Assembly: GCA_964244895.1 (NCBI GenBank)
Contig: CAXTKV010000064.1
Span: 1-23,486 of the forward strand
Length of the DNA stretch: 23,486 nucleotides
Direction of reading: 5' to 3'
From: an uncultured Deinococcales bacterium
GTDB taxonomy: Bacteria; Deinococcota; Deinococci; Deinococcales; JAAFIG01
Positions 8,485 through 16,904 of the stretch are shown piece after piece. The position numbers were made by a program, and so were the translations under genes. Below the pieces are notes generated by a model. That model worked only from the letters and a program-made list of their open reading frames with translations. It was not told the DNA's origin and searched no databases. Position 1 is the stretch's first letter, and each line of letters opens with the position of its first letter.

Positions 8485-8629
8485 TAGACCTGCTGTGAAG
8501 GTGATCGAATGCGGTTCGTGGGAAGGGTAACCACAAGGGTTACCCCTACAACAACCTGTCGCGTAGGGGCAACCTTGATGGTTGCCCTCGCGTGAACACG
8601 TCTCGAGACTGACGTTCGCAAGAGGTCTA
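8485..8629 (+). mobile_element. MITE-like element copy 1 (terminal inverted repeats plus internal GTAG REP doublet)
   Basis: Ends TAGACCTGCTGTGAA ... TTCGCAAGAGGTCTA. Internal GGGTAACCACAAGGGTTACCCCTAC and GTAGGGGCAACCTTGATGGTTGCCC. Aligns end to end with the reverse complement of 9368-9500. Confidence 0.7.
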
Positions 8630-8630
8630 T

Positions 8631-8650
8631 TTGCGTCCTAGACGGTGCTC
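8631..8650. repeat. REP-like family A, locus 6 right half
   Basis: TTGCGTCCTAGACGGTGCTC. Confidence 0.7.
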
Positions 8651-8657
8651 TGGGGGT

Positions 8658-9038
8658 CTAACGCGCGACCAGTTCGATCTCGACGCGCGCATTCACGGGC
8701 AAGGCGGCGACCGCGACCGTGGAACGCGCCGGGTACGGCGCTTCGAACTTGGTGGCGTAGACGGCGTTCATGGCCGCGAAATCCGCCATGTCCACCAGGA
8801 ACACGTTGCACTTCACGACATCCTTGAAGGTGCGCCCGGACGCCTTCAAGACGGCCTCGAGATTCATGAAAACGCGCTCGGTCTGCACCCCGATATCGCC
8901 CTCGACCAGTTTGCCGGTGGCCGGATCGAGCGGCGTCTGACCGGAGAGGAACACCAGATCGCCCGCCCGCACCGCGTAAGAGTAAGGGCCGACGGCATTC
9001 GGAGCGCCCGGTGCGCTGGTGATGGCATCTCTGGACAT
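8658..9038 (-). CDS. ridA: RidA family reactive enamine/imine deaminase
   Basis: APNAVGPYS, FLSGQTPLDP, PYPARSTVAVAALP and VEIELVA with the catalytic Arg; AGGAGG RBS. Confidence 0.93.
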   Translation of the reverse strand: MSRDAITSAPGAPNAVGPYSYAVRAGDLVFLSGQTPLDPATGKLVEGDIGVQTERVFMNLEAVLKASGRTFKDVVKCNVFLVDMADFAAMNAVYATKFEAPYPARSTVAVAALPVNARVEIELVAR

Positions 9039-9288
9039 GATGAACCTCCTGAAAACGGTGTCGCCCGAACGGTTCGGGTCTGATCGCGCTTCAGCTTAAC
9101 GCGTTGGCAGTCAGGGCTCAGAAATCGGAGGAACCCCGAGAGCGCCGTCCACCGCGAAACTCGCGTGCCAGATGGCATCTCGAGCCTGGGTGCTGAGCGC
9201 CTCCGATGTGTCGCCGTCGGGCGAGCTCATCGACCGCTCGAGACCGGCGGCTGGACACGAGTATTTCTCGTGCGCAACCCAAATCCCG

Positions 9289-9338
9289 AGAACACCGTCT
9301 GGGACGCAAATAAAGAACACCGTCCGGGACGGTGCTCT
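9289..9338. repeat. REP-like family A, locus 7
   Basis: GAACACCGTCTGGGACGCAAA-taaa-GAACACCGTCCGGGACGGTGCTC; same architecture as loci 1 and 3 in reverse orientation. Confidence 0.8.
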
Positions 9339-9367
9339 TTGGCTTCAACCACCGAAGATGGCTTTAT

Positions 9368-9500
9368 TGAGCCTTTTGCGAAAGTCAGTTGACGCGAGGG
9401 CAACCATAAAGGTTGCCCCTACAGAACAGGCTTTTGTATGGGTAACACTTGTGGTTACCCTGCCCTCGAGTCGTGTTCGACCCCTTTCGCAGGAGGTCTA
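9368..9500 (-). mobile_element. MITE-like element copy 2 (inverted relative to copy 1)
   Basis: Minus strand: TAGACCTCCTGCGAA...GGGTAACCACAAGTGTTACCCATAC...GTAGGGGCAACCTTTATGGTTGCCCTCGCGT...TTCGCAAAAGGCTCA. Confidence 0.7.
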
Positions 9501-9510
9501 TTCTCGACCC

Positions 9511-12500
9511 TCAAAAGTACAGCTTGAGCGTCACGACCTCGAAGGGCTTGACTTCCAGGCTGACGCGTTCGTCCTCGACCTCGAGCCAGCGACCTTTCTT
9601 CGGGCTGAAGCCCGCGTGACCGTTGCCCTCAATGGAATCCTCGAGCAAATTCACGCGCTCGGCGCGGCGCAAACCCGCGACCTCGAGCGTCGTCAGGCCG
9701 CGCGCGCCGTGCGGTTCGTACATCCGCAGGATCAGCGCGTCGTCATCGTCGGCTTTCTTGAGCGCCGCCAGCGTCAACGGCACGCCCGTGAGTTGCGCGA
9801 AGGCCGGACGGGCGCTGGGCGTGCTGACGCGAGCCACCACCAAAGGGCTGTTCAGGTCGAAGGCTTCCAGGGTCGTGTCGGCCTGCACCCAGTCGCCCGC
9901 GTGCGGGTAGAGGGCGTAGGTGAAACGGTGCGATCCCAGGTCGCTCTGGGGGTCGGGGTACATCGAGCCGCGCAGCAGCGTCAGCGACATCGTATCGCCC
10001 AGGACGGCGTGACCGTATCGCCCATCGTTGAGCAAGCTCACGCCGTAACCGGCTTCGGACAGGTCCATGAACCGGTGGGCGCTGACCTCGAATTGCGCGG
10101 CCTCGGCGGGCGAGTTGCGGTGCGTGGGTCGGGCTTGCGCGCCGAAGGCGGTTTCGAAGGTCGCGTGCGGCGCGCGCACGTTGACCGGAAAGAACGCCCG
10201 CAAGAGCGTCCGGCGCTCGTTCCATTCGATCTCGGTTTCGATCTCGATGCGTTTTGAGCCGCCGTACAGATGGTAAATCTGCGTGATGCTCGAGTTGCGC
10301 CAGCGCCGTTCGGTCTTGAGGGCCGCGCGCAACGGCCCGGATTCCAGAATCTGGATGGTTTCTGGCGCGGGCAAGGGTTCGCCCTCGAGTTCCATCTGCG
10401 GGTTGACATCCCAGGCTTCCCACGCGCCCGGCAAGTCGTGAAAGGCGCGAATCACGTTGGCGGGCCTGGAAATCACCTGGCGTTGGGATTCCTTGTCCAG
10501 CAGGTTCTGAATCGTGCCGTCCTCACCGATGGTCACGCGCAGAACCTCGTTCTCGAGCACCGCGCCGCGTTTGTTCAACTCGATGTGAACGATGGGGTTA
10601 TCGAAGCGCTCGAAGGCGTTCGGATCGAAGCTCAAGCCCACGATCCCCAACGGTGGCACGCTGATGTTCGGTGCACTGACCAGCACGCCGCCCTCCACAG
10701 TCTGGGACGGCACGGACGCCTGGTTGACATCGAAGGCCGCACCGATCGCACCGGGCAGCACGACCCGCAACGGGCGTTCCTGTAACGACGGGTTGACCAG
10801 CACCCACCAGCCGTCTCCGACACCGGCGATGGCCTCGACAGCCGTCTGACGCGTGGATTGCGCGGTGTCCAGCACGCTTTGTAGGTCGCTGTTGGCGTCC
10901 TGGTAGACCTCATTGATCGACGAGCCCGGCAGGATGTCGTGAAATTCGGCCAGCAGCAGACGCTTCCAGCTCTCTTCCAGGGTCGCGCGCGGGTACTCGA
11001 GCGCGCCCTCGACCCAGGCCAGGCTGGCCAGCACCTCGGTTTCCAGCAGGCGGTGTTCGGCCTCGCGGTGCAGTTTCTTGGTGCGGGACTGCGTGGTCAG
11101 CGTGCCCCGGTGCAATTCCAGGTACATCTCCCCGACCCACACCGGCAAACCCTCGCGCGGCAAACGCGCCATCAGTTCGTCCACGCGCGACATCTCGAGC
11201 GCGGGCAGGGCCGGGTAGTTCCGCAGGCGCTCGAAAGCCTCGAGCATCGGGGCGCTCGGGCCGCCGCCACCATCGCCGTAACCGAAGGTGTAGAGCGTCT
11301 CCGGGCCGCGATCACCCCAGATCGGCAGGCGCTTGCCCTTGAAATCGCGGTAGGTACCTAGAATCGATTCCGGGCTGAAATCGCCGTTGTAACTGCCGGT
11401 CGCTTCGCCGCCCCAGAAGGTGTTCTTGAAGGTGTGCGCCAGCACCCGCGAGCCGTCTTGACCTTCCCACCAGAACAAATCGTGCGGGAACTGGGAGGTC
11501 TCGTTCCAGTTGAGTTTGGTGGTGAAAAAATTGTTGATGCCCGCGCCCAACAGAAGCTGCGGCAGCGCGGGCGTGAACCCGAACGTGTCCGGCAACCAGG
11601 CCACGGTTGATCGGCGCTCGAAACGCGATTCGAAGTAACGCTGGCCGTACAGCAGCTGGCGCACCATCGATTCGCCGCCGACCATCTGCGCGTCCGGTTC
11701 GACCCACATGCCGCCGATGGCCTCGATCCGGCCTTCCAGCACGCGGGCGCGCACGCGCTCGAACATCACCGGGTCGTCCTGTTCCAGCCAGGCGTAAACC
11801 TGAGCCGAGGACTGGTTGAACACGAACTCCGGGTAGCGTTCCATCAGGCCCAGCACCGTCGCGAAGGTGCGGCGCAGTTTGCGGCGCGTCTCCGCCACGG
11901 GCCACAACCAGCCCAGATCCAGGTGCGCGTGCCCGGAAAGCGCCACCCGCCCGACGTTCGGATACCGCACCTGCAAACCCTGAATGCCGATCTGGAGGCG
12001 CTCCCGGATGTCCGAAATCTGATCGAGCGCGCCAAACTCGAGCGATTGCATCTCGGGCTGATCACCGGGCAGGTTCCACAGCGACTGGGCCATGTCTCGT
12101 CCCATGCTGCCCTGCCACAGCCGCGCCCGGTACGCGCCAGAATCCGACGGCCAGATCAGCGAATCCAGCGCTTTTTCTGCCACTCCCAGCAGGTGCGATA
12201 CGGCCTCGTGGTCGTTCAGGGCGCGGGCTGCGCCCAGCAGCGCGTCCAGATCCGCCACCAGATCGCGCACTTCCCGGTGCATCGCGACCAGGCTGGCGCG
12301 CTCGAGGCGCGGGTTCGGGTTGTGCTGACCGAACAGGGCTTTCGGCACGGCGTCTATCGTGACGCTCAGCTCCTCGCCACCGTAGGCTCTGGGGCTGACC
12401 TCGAAGCTCCGATGGTACGGGTTGAGTCCGCCAGAAACGCCGTTGGAGAGCTGCACGAAGCCCTCGCCACCGACGTTCAATTCCAGGTTGACGGGATGCC

Positions 12501-12729
12501 CGGCAAAGAACGCGGCGAGCTCGAAGGTCGCTTCCAGGCGCACCGGGCCGTTCTTGACGCTGGCGTCCACCACCGGCCAGGCATCACCGACCTGGATGGT
12601 CTGCGTCACGTCGCCCGCCGTGAACGTCCAGTCCTTGACGGGCACGTCGAAGGCGTCGCGCCAAGCGTTCAGTTCGTCGCGCCGTTTCTCGAGCAAACTC
12701 AGGCGTTGAGGGATGGTCAAATGCCACAT
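9511..12729 (-). CDS. Alpha-mannosidase, glycoside hydrolase family 38
   Basis: GHAHLDLGWLWP (Zn site), GGMWVEPD, WLPDTFG (nucleophile Asp), GYGDGGGGP, GEMYLELHRGT and FHDILPGSSI. Start set at ATG 12729 (MWHLTIPQ), which has TAAGCT 7 nt upstream. Confidence 0.95.
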   Translation of the reverse strand: MWHLTIPQRLSLLEKRRDELNAWRDAFDVPVKDWTFTAGDVTQTIQVGDAWPVVDASVKNGPVRLEATFELAAFFAGHPVNLELNVGGEGFVQLSNGVSGGLNPYHRSFEVSPRAYGGEELSVTIDAVPKALFGQHNPNPRLERASLVAMHREVRDLVADLDALLGAARALNDHEAVSHLLGVAEKALDSLIWPSDSGAYRARLWQGSMGRDMAQSLWNLPGDQPEMQSLEFGALDQISDIRERLQIGIQGLQVRYPNVGRVALSGHAHLDLGWLWPVAETRRKLRRTFATVLGLMERYPEFVFNQSSAQVYAWLEQDDPVMFERVRARVLEGRIEAIGGMWVEPDAQMVGGESMVRQLLYGQRYFESRFERRSTVAWLPDTFGFTPALPQLLLGAGINNFFTTKLNWNETSQFPHDLFWWEGQDGSRVLAHTFKNTFWGGEATGSYNGDFSPESILGTYRDFKGKRLPIWGDRGPETLYTFGYGDGGGGPSAPMLEAFERLRNYPALPALEMSRVDELMARLPREGLPVWVGEMYLELHRGTLTTQSRTKKLHREAEHRLLETEVLASLAWVEGALEYPRATLEESWKRLLLAEFHDILPGSSINEVYQDANSDLQSVLDTAQSTRQTAVEAIAGVGDGWWVLVNPSLQERPLRVVLPGAIGAAFDVNQASVPSQTVEGGVLVSAPNISVPPLGIVGLSFDPNAFERFDNPIVHIELNKRGAVLENEVLRVTIGEDGTIQNLLDKESQRQVISRPANVIRAFHDLPGAWEAWDVNPQMELEGEPLPAPETIQILESGPLRAALKTERRWRNSSITQIYHLYGGSKRIEIETEIEWNERRTLLRAFFPVNVRAPHATFETAFGAQARPTHRNSPAEAAQFEVSAHRFMDLSEAGYGVSLLNDGRYGHAVLGDTMSLTLLRGSMYPDPQSDLGSHRFTYALYPHAGDWVQADTTLEAFDLNSPLVVARVSTPSARPAFAQLTGVPLTLAALKKADDDDALILRMYEPHGARGLTTLEVAGLRRAERVNLLEDSIEGNGHAGFSPKKGRWLEVEDERVSLEVKPFEVVTLKLYF

Positions 12730-12806
12730 GACAGGCAGCTTATCGCAGCCACCGAAAGCGGCGCACCGCCGATGCACAGTTGCCGGAAGTGGAGGCCGTT
12801 CTTAAG

Positions 12807-12856
12807 AAAACACCGTCCTGGACGCGATTTTAAGAATGCGTGCACGACGATGTTTT
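12807..12856. repeat. REP-like family A, locus 8
   Basis: AAAACACCGTCCTGGACGCG-attttaagaa-TGCGTGCACGACGATGTTTT. Confidence 0.75.
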
Positions 12857-12942
12857 CATGAGATGAACGCGATCCGACCCCGAGAGGCGTTCATCAGTCC
12901 CGAGATACGGCGTTCATCAGCCGCGAGATACAATGCCAGACC

Positions 12943-13749
12943 GTGACCGACGCCATCCCGCGCGAGCCGCACGTCCTGCCCGAGGGCTGGCGTCGGTTGC
13001 GACTGATGCTCGAGTACGACGGCACGGACTTCGCCGGCTGGCAAGTCCAATCCAAAGGTGAACGCACCGTTCAGGGCGCGCTCGAGGCCGCCCTGGAGCC
13101 GTTGGGGATGGCTTCCAGACCCGTCGCGGCTGGGCGCACCGACGCGGGCGTTCACGCCCTCGAGATGCCCGTTCACGTCGACGTAGGGCACGACATTCCC
13201 GCCAGGAGCGTGCTGCGCGCCCTGAATTCGCGCTTGCCACCGGATGTGCGCATCCTGGAAGCATCCGATGCCCAGGCCGGTTTCCACGCTCGGTTCTCTT
13301 GCCAGTGGCGGGCGTACCGATACCGCGTCCAGAACGCGCCCATCGCCAGCGCCCTGGAACGGCACCGGGCGCTGTGGGTTCCGCAGAGATTAGACGTTGA
13401 CGCCATGAACGCCGCCGCCATATACCTGGTCGGCGCGCACGATTTTTCGGCCTTCGCCACCCAGGAGGAACGCCAGACCGTGCGCCAGGTCTACGCCGCC
13501 GAGTGGACCTCGGGTGCGCGGATTTCGGATGCGCAGTCCCCGCTCGAGTTTCGCATCACCGGTGAATCCTTCCTGCGCCACATGGTGCGCGGCATCGTCG
13601 GGACATTGCTGGAAGTCGGATTGGGCAAGCTCGAGCCCGAGGGTTTGCGCCGCATCCTCGAGTCTCGAGCCCGAGCCAACGCCGGGCCGAACGTCGTGCC
13701 GCACGGTTTGTATTTCTCTGAGGCGGGCTACGAAGCCTGGAAACCGTGA
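12943..13749 (+). CDS. truA: tRNA pseudouridine(38-40) synthase TruA
   Basis: YDGTDFAGWQVQ, AGRTDAGVHA (catalytic Asp), FHARFS, GAHDFSAF, FLRHMVRGIVG and PHGLY. Confidence 0.96.
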   Translation: MTDAIPREPHVLPEGWRRLRLMLEYDGTDFAGWQVQSKGERTVQGALEAALEPLGMASRPVAAGRTDAGVHALEMPVHVDVGHDIPARSVLRALNSRLPPDVRILEASDAQAGFHARFSCQWRAYRYRVQNAPIASALERHRALWVPQRLDVDAMNAAAIYLVGAHDFSAFATQEERQTVRQVYAAEWTSGARISDAQSPLEFRITGESFLRHMVRGIVGTLLEVGLGKLEPEGLRRILESRARANAGPNVVPHGLYFSEAGYEAWKP

Positions 13750-13759
13750 CGTGCGTCAA

Positions 13760-13805
13760 AGCACCGTCCAGGACGCGTTCCTTAGATTGCGTCGCACACG
13801 GTGCT
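13760..13805. repeat. REP-like family A, locus 9
   Basis: AGCACCGTCCAGGACGCG-ttccttaga-TTGCGTCGCACACGGTGCT. Confidence 0.75.
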
Positions 13806-13960
13806 CTCGCGTTCAAGCCCCGAGCCTCGAAGTCCCTTACGACGGGATTCAAAAAGAACGACCCCTACGCCGGAGGGTTTCGCGTCGATTGCGCGCCCGA
13901 CCCGGTCTGGCTCTCGGGCGGGGTTCTCGAATCTCGGGCGCTGTACTTCTCGGGTTCCTC

Positions 13961-15196
13961 GTGAAGCTCCTGTTCGTCTCCAACGGTCACGGCGAGGACG
14001 CCATCGGTGGGCATCTGGCCGCGACGTTTCTGAAGGCCGACCCGAACCTCGAGATCGAGGCTGTACCGATCGTCGGACGCGGCGAGCCCTACGAACGCGC
14101 CGGTGTGCGCGCGCTGGGGCCGCGCCTGGATTTGCCATCGGGCGGCTTCACGTTCACCTCCTTGAAATTGCTGCGCGCTGACTGGCAGGCCGGAATGCGC
14201 CAGATGTGCCGCGATCAGTTCTGGGCGATCCGTCGAGCGCGACCGGACGCGGTGATCGTGGTCGGTGACATCTACGCGCTCTGGGCGAGCTTGCGTTTCA
14301 CGCGCGCGGACGATCGCAAACCGCCCGTGTTCCAGTACCAGCCGCTCGTCAGCCTGCGCTACGCGGATGGCATGACTGCGCGGGATCGGTTGGATCGGCT
14401 CAACCGCGTCACGGTGGATGCGTTCATCGCGCCGGAACGCTGGCTGATGCGCTCGACCGAGCGGGTTTACACCAGGGACGAAATAAGCGCGGAATACCTG
14501 CGGAAATCCGGCGTGCCACAGGCGCGGTTCGTCGGCAATTTGATGATGGATTTGCTGAGCCCGGAACGCGACCTGGATTTTATTCTGGACGCTCGGCCCG
14601 CGCTGGCGCTGCTGCCCGGCTCGAGGGACGATCATTTGTTCTCGTTTCCGCTCATGCTCGAGGCCGCCGCACAGCTTCCAGAAGTGCAGGGGCTGGCCGC
14701 ATTCAACGGAAATCTGGATCGGATCGCGTTGCCGACGGGTTGGGCGTGGACGCCCTCGACCGACGTTGAGCGTTCCGCCAGCGCCGAACGGGTCGCCTTA
14801 CACGCCAGCGGCGCTCGGGTTCCCGTTCTGACGGACGCCTTCGCCGCCGTTCTGGACGCGGCTCGGGCCGTCATCGGCACGACCGGAACCGCCAACGAGC
14901 AGGCGGTCGGGCTGGGCAAGGCCGTGATCGGCTTCCCGACGCGCGGGCCGCAGTACCTGGAAGCCTTCGCGCGCGCGCAACGCCGATTGCTCGGGGCTGG
15001 CTTGATCCTGACGGCTGCCGATCCAGCGCAGATCGCGGCTGCCGTGCGTCGAACCATCGATAACGCGACCCTGCTCGAGACCCTGCGACGAACTGGAACC
15101 GAAAGGATGGGCGGCGCGGGAGGCGCGACCCGACTCGTCCGAGAGGTACTCGAGCATCTGAACTCTCAGGGAAGACCGTCCAGGACGCAAAGATAA
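13961..15196 (+). CDS. Lipid-A-disaccharide synthase-related (GT-B fold) protein
   Basis: From GTG 13961: MKLLFVSNGHGEDAIG, PIVGRG, LPSGGF, VVGDI, FVGNLMMD, LLPGSR, GTANEQAVGLGK and GPQY...FARAQRRLLG. These motifs match the LpxB-related family I recall from cyanobacteria and Deinococcota. Confidence 0.85.
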   Translation: MKLLFVSNGHGEDAIGGHLAATFLKADPNLEIEAVPIVGRGEPYERAGVRALGPRLDLPSGGFTFTSLKLLRADWQAGMRQMCRDQFWAIRRARPDAVIVVGDIYALWASLRFTRADDRKPPVFQYQPLVSLRYADGMTARDRLDRLNRVTVDAFIAPERWLMRSTERVYTRDEISAEYLRKSGVPQARFVGNLMMDLLSPERDLDFILDARPALALLPGSRDDHLFSFPLMLEAAAQLPEVQGLAAFNGNLDRIALPTGWAWTPSTDVERSASAERVALHASGARVPVLTDAFAAVLDAARAVIGTTGTANEQAVGLGKAVIGFPTRGPQYLEAFARAQRRLLGAGLILTAADPAQIAAAVRRTIDNATLLETLRRTGTERMGGAGGATRLVREVLEHLNSQGRPSRTQR

Positions 15197-15219
15197 ACCC
15201 GCGTCCTGGACGGTCTTCC
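15170..15219. repeat. REP-like family A, locus 10 (perfect 19-bp inverted repeat overlapping the CDS end)
   Basis: GGAAGACCGTCCAGGACGC-aaagataaaccc-GCGTCCTGGACGGTCTTCC. Confidence 0.85.
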
Positions 15220-15464
15220 GCCTTCAGGCACCCGGTGTGGCGGGGCTTTCGCACCCCAAAAAAGTGTGCGATCATGCCCGAACGCGCTCAGTGCGTCGTG
15301 ACGGGACAATCTTCCGATGCCTCGACACCCGCAATCTGGTTAAAATGCGCGATGGATTCTCGTCCCGCAACATCAGCGCATCGCAAACATGAACTTCGGG
15401 TGCGGGTCGTCTCGAGTCCCGTGGTGTCTCTAGGAGGGAAGATGTTTCAAGGTGGTGTACACGC

Positions 15465-16892
15465 ATGAGTCTCGTTGATCGGTTCTTCCCCGACCGGCCC
15501 GATGCCGCTGCCAAACTGTTCGTGACCTCGGCGGTCGTCTGGGCCGTCTGGGGCATGTCGCTCGGCTTTTTGATGGCCACCCAATTCATGTTCCCCGAGA
15601 TCACCAAGGACGTACCGCAACTTTCCTTCAGCCGCATCCGTCCCAGCCACGTCAACACGGTCGCGCTGATGTGGATCTCGATGGCCTCGGTCGGCGCGTG
15701 CTTCTACATGCTCCCCAGGCTGGTCAAAGCGCCGCTCTGGTCTGAGCGCCTGGGCACGATCACCGGTTGGGTCTGGAACATCTTCGGCGTGCTGATCACA
15801 CTGACCTTGACCAACGGCTACTCTGAAGGCCGCGAGTGGGCCGAACTGGTCGCCCCGATGGACTGGGCGTTCCTGGCCATTCTGGCCATGACCGCCATCA
15901 ACGTCTTCGGCACGGTCGCCAACCGCACGGAAAAGCAGCTCTACGTTTCCGTTTGGTACTGGATGGGTTCGATGATCGGCATGGCCATGACCTGGATCGT
16001 CGGCAACCGCACGTTCGTGCCGCTGGACGGGTTGAACGACGGCATCACCAACTGGTTCTACGCGCACGACGTGCTGGGCTTGTGGATCACCACCATGGGC
16101 GTCGGAATCGCGTACTACCTGCTGCCCAAGCTGACCCAGGGTCCCAACGGGGAACCCGGCAACCCAATTTTCTCGCACCGGCTTTCCCTGATCGGTTTCT
16201 GGGGCAACTTCGCGTTCTACACGGGCATCGGCGCACACCACATCATCCAGTCGCCCGTACCGGAATGGCTGAAGGCTTTCGCCATCGCGTCCTCAGTGCT
16301 GATGAGCGTGCCCGTCTACGCCGCCAGCGTCAACTTCTGGCTCTCGACCAACGGACGCTGGGGCAACCTGGCCTGGAACCTGCCGTTGCGCTTCTTGGTG
16401 TTCGGGTTGTTCGCGTATGCCATCGCATCGTTTCAGGGCAGTTTGCAGGCCGTGCGCGCCATCAACTGGTATCAGCATTTCACCGGCATCGTCTCGGCGC
16501 ACGCGCACCTGGCGCTTCTGGGCGGGTTTTCAGTGATTCTGTTCTCGTCGATCTATTACGCCCTGCCGCGCCTCTACCAGGCGGAATGGTACTCGAAGAA
16601 ACTCGTGATGGTTCACTTCTGGACTTTTGCGGGCGGCTTTTTGTTCTTCTTCACATCCTGGACGATCATGGGCTTCGTGCAGGCCGCCGCCTGGAACATG
16701 GGCATCAACGTCCAGCAGACGGTGCCTTTCTTGAAACCCTTCATCTGGGCGCGCTGGCTGGGTGCGGCCACGATGATCTTCGGCGTCTATATTTTCGCCT
16801 ACAACGCCCTCCAGACGGTGCGAGCCGCCAAACGCGCCCTCGCCTCGAGCCCCGCAGCCCCGGCGCTCGCCCCGGCAGCGGCGGATGACTGA
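15465..16892 (+). CDS. ccoN: C-family (cbb3-type) heme-copper oxidase subunit I, divergent
   Basis: RIRPSHVN (heme b His), REWAE, WFYAH (CuB His), Y-x5-HH (helix VII cross-link Tyr plus CuB His pair), HFT...HAH (b3/b ligands); about 12 TM helices. Confidence 0.92.
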   Translation: MSLVDRFFPDRPDAAAKLFVTSAVVWAVWGMSLGFLMATQFMFPEITKDVPQLSFSRIRPSHVNTVALMWISMASVGACFYMLPRLVKAPLWSERLGTITGWVWNIFGVLITLTLTNGYSEGREWAELVAPMDWAFLAILAMTAINVFGTVANRTEKQLYVSVWYWMGSMIGMAMTWIVGNRTFVPLDGLNDGITNWFYAHDVLGLWITTMGVGIAYYLLPKLTQGPNGEPGNPIFSHRLSLIGFWGNFAFYTGIGAHHIIQSPVPEWLKAFAIASSVLMSVPVYAASVNFWLSTNGRWGNLAWNLPLRFLVFGLFAYAIASFQGSLQAVRAINWYQHFTGIVSAHAHLALLGGFSVILFSSIYYALPRLYQAEWYSKKLVMVHFWTFAGGFLFFFTSWTIMGFVQAAAWNMGINVQQTVPFLKPFIWARWLGAATMIFGVYIFAYNALQTVRAAKRALASSPAAPALAPAAADD

Positions 16893-16904
16893 GGAGGAGG
16901 CAAC

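Noticed and set aside
9172..12861. Plus-strand ORFs 9172-10257 and 11923-12861
   Set aside because: Antisense to the GH38 gene; no recognisable motifs.
13514..13960. 149-aa N-terminal extension of the 560-aa ORF
   Set aside because: Overlaps truA and a repeat; the family motif begins at GTG 13961.
15235..15464. FNR/CRP or Rex box upstream of ccoN
   Set aside because: No convincing TTGAT-N4-ATCAA, TGTGA-N6-TCACA or TTGTGAA-N4-TTCACAA match; only a possible -10 (TAAAAT near 15341).
15465..16892. Nitric oxide reductase (NorB/qNOR) call
   Set aside because: Lacks the HLWVEG-type Glu motif, retains the helix VII cross-link Tyr, and is followed by a CcoO-type subunit.
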